The notes: a model not told the origin generated them from the sequence alone. Shown: positions 12,090 through 27,000, counted from the stretch's first letter. The stretch: DNA of 64,000 bases from Mustelus asterias (GCF_964213995.1 NC_135823.1:64356001-64420000), one strand, 5' to 3'. Made by a program: numbers and translations.

Positions 12090-15000
12090 GTAAGAGGCGG
12101 TAGCCAGACTTTCCCTCTCCCCCCCCTCTCATCTATTACTGATTGTTATTGCCGCGCGGATATTTTTCAATCCCTGCCCCTCGATTATCTCTCTTCTAAA
12201 TCTTATTTTGCTTTTTCTCCTCTCTTGTTTTTAAAAATATATATATAATCTTTTTTTCCCCCTTTTTCAGGGGGAAGCTGGGTCGGTATCCACCCTGGCC
12301 CGGAAAGGTGAGTCACAAACACAACATGTTTAAAGAAAGGAAACCGTTTGACCTGTTGTTGCCTGTCGTCAGGAATCGGTGTGGGTTTGTGGAAGATTAA
12401 ATGGGTGTGGTGGTGAGGAGGAGGAGGTCGAAAGCTTTATTGTGGTGGTTTTGTGTTGGGAGTTCAAACCAAAGATTTTGCAACTGACTGACCCTTGGAA
12501 CCTTCCTTCTGAGGAGGCTCGGAACATTATTGTGGTGATCCTGTGTTGGAATTCATACCAAAGATCTCCTGACTGACTGAGCATTATCGTGGTGGTTTTA
12601 TGTTGGAATTCATGCCAAAGATCTTACGACTGACTGACCCTGAGAATCCTTCTCCTGAGGAGGCCCAGAGCATTATTATAGTGTTTTTATATTTTGATTT
12701 AATTTATTTTTTGCATGTATTGGGGTACAGTGAAAAGTATTGTTTCTTGCGTACTATGCAGACGACATGTACTGTTCATAGAGTACATAGGGAAGAAGTT
12801 CAAATCAAAAGATGTCATGACTGACCGACCCCAAGAACCCTCGTTCCGAGGATGAAGAAATCATGTTGTGCAGATATCGGGGCCACTTGAATTTGAATCA
12901 ATTTTATTGAACACCAGACCTCTCGGGTTGCAGCAACCCTTTTGTTAGTGAAACTCAACTGTTTTCACTGCGATAAATACCCCTTGTTGACGAGTTAAAT
13001 CTGAAAAATGTCTTTAGTTTAAAGAGCAACAAACATTTAAGATATAGGTGCATCTCCACATTTTGAATGCATATTTTGCAAAAACAAAGTTACACCCTTC
13101 TGTTTGAAATCTCCTTTCTCTTTTCAAGTTGCACTTTCATGTATGGTGTTGTGTTTTTAGTAACTTAAGACCAGATCTCTGACTTGCCTCTAAAGGTTAA
13201 TTTCAGTAGCAAGGAGAGGAACAGCTGATCCTAAGAATTAATAGCCAAAGTATGATGACTGAGCAGTTTTTGATGAGCTGCCACATTGACTGAAGTAAGG
13301 CTAGTGGGAGGCATGAAAGCAGTTGTAGTATTTCTCAGAGAAAAATTGCAGTATTTTTCAAAGTTGCTAAACCTGTAACATTATTTAGTAATACAAGTTC
13401 AGGAATGTGGTTTAACTTCTGGTCTAGCTCTGCAATCTGCCAGAGGTAATTCTTCCAATTCCTTCTCCCAAGTGTTTAAGTTTGTTTATTAGTGTCACAA
13501 GTAGGCTTATGTTAACACTGCAATGAAATTACTGTGAAAATCCCCTAGTCGCCACACTCCGGCGCCTGTTCAGGGACACTGAGGGAGAATTTAGCATGGC
13601 CAATGCACCTAACCAGCACGTCTTTGGACTGTGGGAGGACACCGGAACATCCAGGGGAAACACACGCAAACACGGGAGAATGTGCAAACACACACAAACA
13701 AGTGACCCCAAGCTGGGAATCGAATCTGGGTCCCTGGTGCTGAGGCAGCAGTGCTAACCACTATGTCATGATATCAGAGAAGGGGGAAAGGTGTGAGCTG
13801 GCAAGGCAGCATCAAAATATAACAGATATTTTTAAATAACTAGTGGATCAACACTAAAGTCAAATAACTATTTTAATATGAAGTAATTCTAAAATAACCT
13901 TCAATGTTCTGATTTTCTTCTGGGGAATTGTGATTCTCATTTAATGTCTGTATAACTGATTTACAATTAATTATCAATGTTTTCTTGTTTTAAGATTGTT
14001 AATCCACCCAAAGATCTAAAGAAACCACGAGGCAAAAAATGCTTCTTTGTAAAATTCTTTGGAACTGAAGACCAGTAAGTCATCTTTTTTTTAAATGCAC
14101 TCTTGGACAGGCGTAGTTTAATCCGTAAAAAAGCTGTTGCTATGTTGACTAAACAAGCTAGCTATAGTCTACCAAAGTTTACACCACTGATCTGTCACTT
14201 TGCACTTATTTCCTCACCTTCCTCAGTTGCCACCTCCACTCCTCCCTTCCATGAGATTCTTCTCCTGCTGCTTGATATTCTATCTATCAGTTAGTAGATC
14301 CTGGCACCCATTCTAGCTGAGAATGCAGAGTAAAAATAGAACGGTACAAGTCGGCCATTCAGCCTCTTGGGCCTGTTCTGCCATTCATTTAATCATGGCT
14401 GAATGGTAGCTTGACTTCATTCACCTGTCTTTTACTCTATGCCCCTTGAAACCCTTGCCTAACAAAGACCTGTCTCAGTTGAGTTTTTTTCAGTTGACCT
14501 ACTCAACAGCTTTTTGTGGGAGACTATTCCAGATTTCCACTACCCTTTGTCTGATGTTCCCTGGATGACCCAGTCCTAATTTAAGATTATGCCCCTCTTG
14601 TTCGGGGCTCTCTCCCATGAGGAAATAATTTCTCTAGCCTATTAAATCCTTTTATAATCTTGAAAGCCTCTACAGTTCCCCTTTCATTGAGACCTCTCCT
14701 TAGCCCTTTTTAAACTGCTGCTGAAATCAGATTCAAAAACCCTTCTGTCGCCATGAAAATATTGTTGCCCTCTAACGACACATTTAAAGATCCTGAAGCT
14801 GCAAGTTTGGATCTTTTCAGTTCAGTTTTAGCGGTTGTCAGATCACTGCCGTCATGAATGATGTCCAACATCACTGACCGTGGTCAGTTTCTTCTTTGCC
14901 TCCTCAAACCTTTCAGCCTCTGACTTTTTATCATGGTGCTGTCCTCCCTTGCCTCTTAATTTTCTAGCTATGTGGGACAGCATGCTTCTGCCCTTGATCA

Positions 15001-18000
15001 TTAGGTCGCAGCCAAAACATATCCAACAATCATCTTGATTGCTTCCCGTCCCACCCCTTGAGAGCCTGTCCAAGGATCTATCCTTGGCCCAGGCTTGCTG
15101 ATCTATGTGGTATACTCTTAACATCTGCCACTGGGTCATTTTCCATCTCTATGGTCAACATCCAATATCCATCATTTCCTCAACTTTTCTCTGTGGGTCA
15201 GATACAAGTAACAAATTCCTTTATCCACTCCATGCCCATCCTTAGCCTTTTACTTAGGTTGAGGAAGACCTTACAAAACTGCATGTGCTGTTTAATGCTG
15301 TGCTGGGTTTCCAATCTTGCACCCTGTCTGTTGTAGAAACTGCTTGTTTTCATCTATGTAGATCGCCTGCTTTGCGATAGAACTTATCTTTTTTTTTAAC
15401 TTTAGTGTGTTATTCCAGTGCTCTGTATTAATGTAATGACGGTGCTACGTTTTCAACTTGTGATGAGAGTAGCTGAGTAATAGATCACCTTTTATCCCAG
15501 TCACCACCAAGCATTCACAGGTCAGGTAAACCTACAGGTCCTACTGCGGGACTGGAGAAGTACTTGCAATTCTCCTTTTGTTTTCTAATTAAATTCCTGC
15601 CCCCTCCCGCAGCTCATTGGGAGAAAGGCATGTTTCCATTGAATATCAAAAGGCTAAGGGATCCATCGATAAGAAGCTCTGTGTTGGCATAGATCAACTT
15701 CCTTCATAGTGCAAGAGGCCAGTTGGGATATGTTATAAACTCTTAACATTTAGTATCTACCAGGCTGGTGCCACTGAACTATAAAATGGTTGATCTTATG
15801 TAAGCAGTACAGATGGCTCACACTGAGACTTGGTGCAGCAAATCTTGAGGGTATGATTGCTTCTCACTGATATGAGCAACATAACAATTTATTTAACAAG
15901 GCATGCTCTCTCTCCTCAAAACTGCGCAGATCCAGGCAACTGACGATTGGTTTTGTCAGTTTTTAATTTGCATGCTGTGATGAAACCTATACAATTGCAT
16001 TAATGTTGTTAATCCAGTGTTAACTTTTACACTAATAACCACATGATGTTGTAATTATTCTGCAACGTTAGCAAATCTGGGCAAGGGGTGGCAGGTCGAG
16101 AAAGTAATAAATTACAAACAGCTTAACTGTGCAGAGTAATTACAGATAAAATCATCAGGACATTTGAGTAGTTGTGTAACTAAATAGCGCAGTAGAAACT
16201 GTTTCATCCCTTTTGGTGGAAACCAATTTCTGTAAATTAGCTGATCATGTATGTCGTAATTCCTGCAACTTCCTGCTTGTGCACGACGCAAGTCACCTTC
16301 AGAAGTCGATTGCATTTTCCTAAAGGAATGGCGAAATTAATGAGGCACAGGATATTGTTGGAAATGCCATGAAGATAGTTGGGCTCTCTAATCGAGACAC
16401 ACAATCTTAGGTTCATGTTGTTTGAATTTGAATAGCATAAATCATTGAGCAATACTTATTAAGGCTTTATACAAATGATCTGTTTGAAGACAGAAATTCA
16501 GTTTAAACAAGACAAAAATAGAGACTGACTGACTACCTTATGTTTTGCAGTGCATGGATCAAAGTAGACCAGCTTAAATCCTATCACCTTCACAAGGAGG
16601 AAATGATCAAATCTACCAAAGGGAAACGGTTCCAACAGGCAGTGGATGCTGTTGAGGAATTTATTAAATCTAAGGTAAGGTGTGCCATTGCCTCATGGAT
16701 CAAAAATGTTCTCACAAATTAGTTTGAGAGAATAAGTCAGGGTTTCACAATGTATCTTTAAACTGGTTTCCATATAAAGCTCACTTGTGTTCCAGGATCA
16801 TGGACTTTTAAGTGTATGGTGTCAAATCTGAAGGTCCTTTGTGCTTCCTGAATAAATATTATACCTACCTGAAGAGTACTGATGTTCCTGCATGTGTGTT
16901 CTAAACAGTAAATCTCATTTACTTTGAATGGAGTGGATGTAAGCACCTGTACAGTGTTCTTTCCATGGGTGATGGAATTGAAGTTTGAGATGGACAGCTT
17001 GAGTGCATAACTAAAATAAAAATAGAAAATGCCAGGAGTACTCAGGAGGGTAAATGGTATCTGTGGGAAGAACATTGGAAAAGGTTGGGGTTGGGAATTT
17101 TTGGACTATGCATTGATTTGTTTTGCTTGCTGATCATGTTATATGACGGGCAGTTTTCTCTGCACAACTATTGCTTGACCTGCACATTTCTAGCATTAGT
17201 GGTTATTTTACTTTGTATAACTGTGTTGCTTGCCTGTTATTGATGCTACAGTAAATGGTTTGGACTGGGTTGATGATAATTCTCCATTGTAACAATCCTA
17301 CAACAGCTTAAACTCAATTCCATAACTGCTTAAATATATGTAAACACAATATGCAAATAATTGAGTGTGAAATGAAAGCCATTGATGTTATGGAGACCTG
17401 ATCTGTGGGATTGACTTACCCTGAGGGATGCCATAAATGAAGTTTAATTAAAAATCTTCTCCAGTTAAATATTGCTAAGACTGAAGTCACTTTTCATTTT
17501 CCACTACCAACTCCATCCCTTCAAAGTCTGAGATTAACCCAGTCTATTTGCAATCTCGGTGTTGCATTTCATCCTGCGATGAGCATATTTGTGCTATTAC
17601 GAAGACCACCTATTTCCATCTCCATAACATCTCTCATCTGCTGACATGTTTATCCAGGCCGTCATTCCCTCCAGACTTGACTATTCCAGTGCACTCCTGG
17701 CTGGTCTCCCATATTCAATCTTCTGCAAAAATAGGTCACCAAAATTCTGTTGCCTGTCTTGCAGGATGTCCCATTCCCCTATCCGCCCCTGTGCTCATTG
17801 AACTACATTTTAAAATTAGTATGTTTGTTTTCAAATCCCCCCCCCCCCCCCCCCCCCCCACCGCCCTTGCCCCTTTTCCAATGCAATGATCTTCCCAGAT
17901 ATTTGTGCTCCTCTAATTCCGATCCCTTGTGTATTCCCAATCATAACTGCTCTATCATCGATATCTAATTTCAGTTGTCTCATAGAATCCCTACAGTGAA

Positions 18001-21000
18001 GAAGTAGGCCATTCGGCCCATCAAGCCTGCACCGACAACAATCCCACCCAGGTCCCACGCCACATATTTACCTGCTAATCCCCTGGCACTAGGGGCAATT
18101 TAGCACAGCCAATCCACCCAACCAGCACATCTTTTGAGTGTGGGAGGAAACTGGTGCACCTGGAGGAAACCCACGCAGACATGGGGAGAATGTGCAAACT
18201 CCACACAGACAGTCACCCGAGGCTGGAATTGAGCCTGGGTCCCTGGTGCTGTGAGGCAGCAGTGCTAATCACTGTGCCACTGTTCCGTCTCAGCCCCAAC
18301 CCCTGGAATTACTTCACTACGTCTCTGCACCTCTCTAACTCGCTTTCCTCCTTGAAGACTTTCCTTTAAAGCCTTTCTCTTTTGACCATCTGAGCTAATC
18401 TCTCCTTTCGCTTGATGTCAAATTTTGTTTTATAATGCTCCTGTGAAGCACCTTGGGATGTTTTACATTTAGTTAGCATCTTCAACATATAGGTTGCTGT
18501 TGTTATGGCCAGTACTGCACGTGGAGTATAAATCATAGTCCTACAGGCCTTTTAGAATGTGTTCTATCTGTATCATGCAGTGGTATCTAGGCTTCATTTT
18601 TAATGGGCAATTAAGTCAAAACGGGTTTACTGCCATGCTGTTACCCAGTTAGTTTGACTATTAATGTGAGGAATGATTATTGTGTGATATGTGTTTGGAA
18701 TGTTTGAGCTTTAAAATTTGAAGAAAAAATAAATTTGGTACCTGGAAAAATCATAGCATTTGCATCACTTATCAATGATTTTTACCAACACAGATCTTGA
18801 ATAATTAATGAGTAAAGGAACTCTGGATATGGTCTTAATACAGTAAGGAGTCTAACAACACCAGGTTAAAGTCCAACAGGTTTATTTGGTAGTAAACGCT
18901 ACCAGATTTTGGAGCGCTGCTCCTTCGTCAGGTGAGTGGGAGATCTGCTAGCAAACAGGGCATATAAAGACACACACTCAGTTTACAGAATAAGGAATAA
19001 TGATTGGAATGTGAGTCTTTACAGCTAATCAAGTCTTAAAGGTACAGACAATGTGAGTGGAGGGAGCATTAAGCACAGGTTAAAGAGATGTGTATTGTCT
19101 CCAGACAGGACAGTTAGTGAGATTTTGCAAGTCCAGGCAAGTTATGGGGGTTACAGATAGTGTGACATGAACCCAAGGTCCCGGTTGAGGCCGTCCTCGT
19201 GTGCAGAACCTGGCTATCTGTCTCTGCTCAGCGTCTCTGCGTTGTCGTGTGTCGTGAAGGCCGCCTTGGAAAACGTTTACCCGAATATCAGAGGCTGAAT
19301 GCCCGTGACCGCTGAAGCGCTCCCCAACAAGAAGAGAACGGTCTTGCTGGGTGATTGTCGAGCGGTGTTCATTCATCCGTTGTCGTAGCGTCTGCATGGT
19401 TTCCCCAATGTAGCATGCCTCGGGACATCCTTTCCTGCAGCGTATCAGGTAGACAATGTTGGCCGAGTTGCAAGAGTGTATACCTGGTGGATGGTGTTCT
19501 CACGTGAGATGATGGCATCCCGTGTCGATGATCCGGCACGTCTTGCAGCGGTTGCTGTGGCAGAGTTGTGTGGTGTCATGGTCACTGTCCTCCTGAAGGC
19601 TGGGTAGTTTGCTGCGGACAATGGTCTGTTTGAGGTTGTGCGGTTGTTTGAAGGCAAGAAGTGGGGGTGTGGGGATGGCCTTGGCGAGATGTTCGTCGTC
19701 TTCAATGACCTGTTGAAAGCTCTGGAGGAGATGTTGTAGCTTCTCCGCTCCGGGGAAGTACTGGACGACGAAGGGTACTCTGTCCACCGTGTCCCGTGTA
19801 AATTGAGTTTGTGTGTTTATATGCCCTGTTTGTTGGCAGATCTCCCACTCACCTGACGAAGGAGCAGCGCTCCGAAAGCTAGTGGTGTTTGCTACCAAAT
19901 AAACCTGTTGGACTTTAACCTGGTGTTGTTAGACTCCTTACTGTGTTTACCCCAGTCCAACGCCGGCATCTCCAGATATGGTCTTAATGACAGGCTATCG
20001 GTCCTGAAGATTGTTTGAGACCAGATTCAGTGTAATTGCACATGGACAGGCAGTTCACATTTTTAAAATATGGGCAGAGATATTTATATTGGAGAGCGGA
20101 TAGGAAGTCTGCACTGATGCAGATTTCTCATTCATACTGATTCTTTCAGTGTGGTGTTGCACGCGAAACAAGTGAGGTGTAGCCTTCAGATGAAATGAGA
20201 TTAGAGGGCAGGAGGATCATGTCTGGGTGCACAGATGTTAGTGTATTCAATCCCAATTTTCATTATATCCATTATAAATTTCTATATTTGTGTGTGTGTA
20301 AGTTTGTCACACGATAATTACATCCATCTGCCATTGGTACTGCTGTTATGCTGACACTAAATGGAGCATGTAATTACAGAATGACAAGTTTGGATGGACA
20401 ATTTCCCTTAAATTAGTATGTGAGAATTTATAATGTGGAAATTTGACAGGAACTATGCCCAAATGCATAATTTTAATATTACTAATTACACCTGGTAAAT
20501 CAGGGCATGTTATTCTCTTGCCTATCTTTGATGTCTTTGTCTGACTTTCTCACCTTTTGTGTCTCCTCTCTCTCGCTCTTTCTCTCCCCCTTCACTCCTC
20601 TTATTTGCTTATACCCACATTTTTGTTTTCTTTGTGGTTGGCTGTTTTCCTTTAGTTGGTATAGTTTGGTATTACACAATGTGCGAGAGCCAATGGCTAT
20701 TGTCTGCCTTTAGGATTGGGGCTGCAGGGAAGATTTGCCCTCCTCCAATTCACTCATGTTCCACCCAGCCTTTCCGTTCATCATGATTTATTTCCCTTTG
20801 ACTCGACCTCTTGTGTTATCTGTTCCCACTGCTGCTCAATTTACCGGCTTCCCTTTTCCCTTCCTGTTTGCTCTTTTTACAATAAAGTACAGGAGAAAGG
20901 AAACTGTTTTTCCAACTCTGTCCCAAGGGTATTAGAAATTAGCGGCTCTGTTTCACAGCTATACGTGATCCGCATTGTCTTTCTGTCAGAATAACACCGA

Positions 21001-24000
21001 TGGGGCCTCAGGCTGCAAGATTGCTGTCTGATAACCCTCACCTGCATGTCTGCTGACTGCTTTGTCAGATCACATTTTTTTTTTTTGCAGATCTTGTAGA
21101 TAAATCTTCCTGTAATGTTGAATATCCAAAGTATTGATGATCTTCACTTCCTCTGCCTATTTACCCAAATGTATAACAATTCTGGCCCTTTGCCCGTTGA
21201 TTTTAATTGCTTCACTGTTGGTGGCCTTGCTTTCAGCTGCCTGGGCTCTGATATTCCCTCCCAAAATCCCTGCAATTCTACCTTTATTTTCTTCCATAAG
21301 TGTACCCACAACCAAGCTTTTGGTTGCCTTTTTTGATATCTCCTTGTGTGTGCATCAAGTTTTTGTTTGTTTTACGACTCTGGGAAGTACCTGGACGTGT
21401 TTCACAGTACCATTTAATTTCAACTTTTTTTAAACTTAAAAATAAGGGCGGGGGGGTGGGGAAATCGCTTGTTTAATTTCTACCTTTTTTATTTTTCCGT
21501 TACCAATAGTTTTAACTGCAGTCTCTCAGTGCCAGGGACCCAGGTTAAATTCTGGCCTCGGGTCACTGTCTATGTGGAGTTTGCACGTTCTCCCCGTGTC
21601 TGCGTGGGTTTCCTCCCACACTCCAAAGATGCGCGGGTTAGGTGCATTGGCCATGCTAAATTGACCCCAGGGGATTAGAAGGGTAAATGTGTGGGGTTAC
21701 GGGAATAGGGCCTAGGTGGGATTGCGGTTGGTACAGACTCGATGGGCTGAATGGCCTCCTTCTGTACTGTTAGGATTCTATGATTCATCATTTTCAGTTG
21801 ATTTCTTAAAGTGGAGGTTTTTCTGTTTGCTTGGAATTATTCTCCTCTTCCCTTTTCTCAGTATCAACATTTTTCGTTAAAATTTAAGGCTTCTGGCCAG
21901 ACGGTTCCCTTGTGCCTAGCACCACGGAACCTGCCTGTATGTCAGCCCTTGCATCCCTAATGGACCAGAATGTGACTTGTGTATGTTGCCCAGGGATTGA
22001 ACAGAATCACGTCACTGTAATTGGTTTACTAATGTGAAATCAGGCGTATCAAGTTCTCCTATTCTTCTGGTGGGGGAAGAATGAACACTCTATTCATAGT
22101 ACAACTTCAGCTGTAAATGATAAAATGTGGATTTGGTGATGATCTCTTGGATAACCATGCCCTGGACACACTCGTTTATAAAGGCCTTAATTGACTAATA
22201 GCAGCAAAACATGCCGTTTGCATTTGATGCCTTTTACTAGCATTGTAATCAACATATCTTTTTTTTTGAGTGTGGGAGTGGTTTACCTAAGTGTGTGGCT
22301 CCTTTAAATGTTTATTTTTTGCACAGTAACTTAAAGGCTTTAACCAGTGTGCAGCCTGTGTGGGGAACATTAGGGTTGCTGCACAGCTATAATGGAAGTT
22401 GGTAACAAAATCCTACTTCCGAGCTGCCTGCTGAGGGCACGTCACAGGCCACAGATGTCATCTGCTAAATTCAGCTCCACTGCTTACTGTAGTCAAGAAA
22501 ATCTAGCTCTACCAAATTGCTCTGAGGAATGTGATTTATAATTTTGAATATTATTGATAAAACAGAATGGACCAATGAACGAAATCTATGAAGGCACTAT
22601 ACTGAATTTGAACACTGGTAGAAATGTTGTAACCAGTGTGAACATTTGTGCAATAGAACATTAAAATCATTTGAGTCGAACTTCATGATTAACTTTTTAA
22701 ACTCCTGCTCATTGAGATATCTTCAAGGTCGACTGTAATATGGATTTGGTCATAAATTGATTCCCTTGAAATAACATTCAACAATTGCCACATCACTACA
22801 CATAAAGGAACAGTTAACATGGCTTTTGGGCAGAAGCATATCAGTGACTTTACCTTTTGACTAATTTATTTTCAGGTATCTTCATTCACCTCGTCTGAAG
22901 ATAAAAACAGGCACGTTTCGTCTGACGGTAAAAGACAAAATTCCTCTTCAGCAGAAATTTCAGAGCACAGTGCAAGGAAGAGGGGGCGACCGCCAAAGGA
23001 AGAAAAGGTTGGTCGAGGAGGGTAGACTTTAAATTATTTTCCTGTGACTCCAGTACACTTGTGCACATGCTAGTTGCTAGTACATGTCCAGGCATAGTGC
23101 AAGAACAATGTGTTTTTTCTTCTTCTGCAGGGAAATGGTTCATATAACTCGTGATATGGCGGTTAGGGCTTCTAGTGGAGAAATTAAACCGTTCAGTTAA
23201 CTAAAATGATTAATGCATAGTAATGCTGTGCACAGGAGATAATGTATAGTCTCTATTTATACAATGTGACTTTTGTATTTTCTTTCTCCCACTTCAGGAT
23301 GCCTTCCCTGAGCCGTCCTTGGTGAAGAGGTTGGTTACGGGTCCAGTTGCAGGATACAAATGGAAGGTGAGTCACAAGTTTCTTTAATTCCGAAAGCCAC
23401 CGGGGCTAGCCATTTTGTAAAGTTTTTATTGACACACCCAATACATTAGAGGACTGCCCTCAATCATATTGATGCCAACGAGGCTTGTGGCAGTAAATTT
23501 GGGGAACATTGGATCTGTTTGAAAAGTTGGCGTGGAACACTAGCTGGTAACTATAGAATCCTGTTACTATCCATTTGTTATTTGGATTTTCTCAAAAAAT
23601 GTAGTTATTCCGTACTTTAACATTGTGGCAGCTGATATAAAATGCATTGTTTGTGCTTCCCTTTTGAAATTCAACATATATCGATCGCCCAGGCACGGCT
23701 CCCAAAGAGTAGTATTGCTGGCAGACTGGCCAAGTTGTTCCACTACAGCTACAACACTGGCAATCTTGAGGTGAGAGTGACAGCCCTTGACATCAAGGCC
23801 GCATTCGACCGAGTGTGGCATCAAGGAACCTTGGTGAAACTGGAATCAATCGGTTTCAGGGGGCAAACAGTCTGCTGGTTGGAGTCATACCTGGTACATA
23901 GGAAGATGGTTGTGGAGGGTCAGTCACGTTAGCTTCAAGACATCTCTGCAGGAGTCCCTCAGGGTAGTGTCCTAGGCCCAACAATCTTCAGCTGCTTCAT

Positions 24001-27000
24001 CAATGACCTTCCCTCTGTCATAAGGTCCGAAGGGGGATGTTGGCCGATGTGCATGTTCAGCACCATTTGCTGCAATCAAGTGGAACTTGCTTCGTAATAA
24101 ATTGCTCACTGACGGTCAGTTAGGATATTGCCAGGGCAACTTGGCTCCTGAGCTCATTGCAGCCTTAGTTCAAACATAGGCAAATGTGCTGAACCACGGA
24201 GGCGAGAGTGACTGCCCTTGATATCAAGATTGCGTTTGATTGAGTATGGCATCAAGGAATCTGAGCAAAACTGGAGTCAATGGGAATCAGGGAGAAAACT
24301 CTCTGCTGGCTGGAGTCATACCGTCACATAGGTGGTGGTTTTTGGAGGTCAGTCATTTCAGCTCCAGGACATCACTGCAGGTGTTCTTCGGGACTGTCGT
24401 CGGCTCAACTCCTCAGCTGCTTCATCAAAGACCTTCCTTCCATCGTAAGGTCAGAAATGGGGAAGTTCTCAGATTACACAATGTTCAGTAACATTCACGA
24501 TTCATCAGATGCTGAAACAATCCATGTCCAAATGAAGTCCACGTCCAAATACAACAAACCCTGGACAATATCCAGGCCTGGGCTGACAACTGGCAAGTAA
24601 CATTCATAGTAAGAAGTTTAACAACACCAGGTTAAAGTCCAACAGGTTTATTTGGTAGCAAAAGCCACACAAGCTTTCGAGGCTCTGAGCCCCTTCTTCA
24701 GGTCATTCATGCCACACAAGTGTCAGAAAATTGCCATTTCCAACAAGGGAATCTAAACATTGCCGCTTGACACTCTGTGGCATTGCCATCACTGAATTCC
24801 CCACTATCAACATCCTGTGTGTTACCATTGACTAGCAACTGAACTGGGTTAGCAATTTAAATACTGTAGCTACAGGAGCAGGTCAGGGGCTAAGAATTCT
24901 GTGGTGAGTAACTCCCCTCCTGACTCCCCAAAGCCTGTCCATCTGCAAAGCACAAGTCAGGAGTGTGATGGAATATTCTCCCCTGGTCTGGATGAGTGCA
25001 GTTCCAACAACCCTCAAATGATTGACACTATCCAGGACAAATCAGCCCACTTGATTGACATCCTTTCCACAAACATTCATGACCTCCACCACACTAGCAG
25101 CAGTGTATACTTACTGTGAGATGCACTACAGGATCTCGCCAAGGCTCTTTAGACAGCACCTTCCAAACCCATGACCATTACCTTCGAGAAGGACGAGGGC
25201 AGCATATGCACGGGGAGCACCACGACCTAGAGATTCCCGTCCAAACCATTGGACGGGAATCCAATTCTGTACAGCTCTTTGAGGGTTCGCAAAAGTATGT
25301 TTCTATGTTGTGTAGTGAAAAATGTGCCTTCAACATCAGTTTTTCTCTGGTCCACTGATATAACCAACCTGCTTTTCCCTGAATCATTGGCACTAAAAGG
25401 TTTAAAAATAGAACGTACTAGATGGCTTACTTGCTGGAATCTTTAGCTGCATTCTCTGCTGCTTTTGTTGAGGCTTGATATGGAGGATTAGAACAGCTTT
25501 ACAGTTTAGGTTCAAAAAGACCAGGGATAAATGTTTTCAAATCTGAATTCCCTGTGATCTCTAATTATAACGCGCACACTCCTTTTGGGAGTTGAAAATC
25601 TTCGCAATACTAATCTCATTGGGTTTTTAATTTGGCTGTCAGTCATTTTGTAATAGCAATTGGCTATAGCACCAGCTACAGCAAGTGATGACACCCTTCC
25701 TAAAAGGATGATTTACTTGGACAGTAAATGATAAACTTCCACTCAGTATGACTTGTCATCTTCATTTATTGTGTATTGTTTCTACAGGAAGGAGAATTGT
25801 AAACTACTTGACTGACTACTAAACAGGGTCCATACGGAAACTAGAAAGATCAGGGGTAGAAAGAACTTAGTACACTCAAATCTTGCATGAATTCAGAAAA
25901 CCTTTTAACTTCCAGGAAAACAGTGGCTGAATTTACCAACATTGTTTAAAATTTATTTATTAGTCACAAGTAGGCTTGCATTAATACTGCAATGAAGTTA
26001 CTGTGAAAATCCCTTAGTCGCCACACTCTGGCACAATGAGGGAGAATTTGGCACGGCCGATGCACCGAACCAGCATGTCTTTTGGGAGGAAACCGGAGGA
26101 AAGCCACTGGGTGAATGTCCATGACCCAAGCCGGGAATCGAACCCAGGTCCCTGGCGCTGTGAGGCAGCAGTACTGAAGAGAACGGCAAAATATAGTATT
26201 TCGTTCATCGTTCTCGGGCACTTTGGCTTTTGAAAATCAAGTTGCATTCTACCTAACTAGTTTCATCTTCTGTTTGATGCTGAAACCAGCAATGTTAGCT
26301 ATGCATGATTAAATTGGCATAATTTATAGTGTAGAGTACTATGCTAGTTAGAACTTGCCTTGAATGTTAAATTGAATGATCAGTTGAATAACTTCTTAAG
26401 GGTTTTTGTTAATAGGAACTCCTAACTTGTGGGTGGACTGAGTGCTTGTCATGTTTGAATCACAACTGAGACAGTGAATATTTAAATGGTGCTTTGTGTG
26501 TCCTCGTGTAGAAAAGTAGTGCAATGGATAGAGAATTTAGCTTTAGCGCTGTCTGGTATAACAGAATGAGAGGCTAATTGTTTGCTTCATGTATACAATG
26601 TATGTATTGTAATTGTCACTTTCAGATCTCCGATGGAAAAGGGGGTGTTTCAAACTTAGGTTCTTTCTTGAGAGATCCTTTGGAGGACAATTGTGCTAGT
26701 CACTCCAATATAGAGAATCCCTACCGTGCAGAAGGAGGCCATTCGGCCCATCGAGCCTGCACCGACAGAAGTCCCACCAAAGATCTATCCCCGTAACCCC
26801 ACGTATTTACCCTGCTAACCCCCCTTACACAAAGGGGCAATTCACCATGAGAGAAAATGCTGGAAAGCCATGGCCAATCAATCTAACCCCCATGTCTTTG
26901 GATTGCGGGAGGTAACTGGAGCACCCAGAGAAAACCCACACAGACACGGGGAGATCATGCAGACTTCACAAGTTGCCCAAGGCTGGAATTGAACCCGGAT

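Noticed and set aside
11287-12248. Several overlapping ORFs across the CpG island
   Set aside because: GC-rich stop-poor sequence; only the UBN1 and GLYR1 exons have homology and splice support
17836-17859. Long C/G homopolymers (also ~11245-11265 and ~59962-59981)
   Set aside because: Simple repeats of unreliable length with no further structure
26626-26660. Possible extra GLYR1 exon after ctttcag ([11 protein letters not shown])
   Set aside because: No convincing in-frame donor, no similarity to NPAC, and exons 6 and 7 already join in phase
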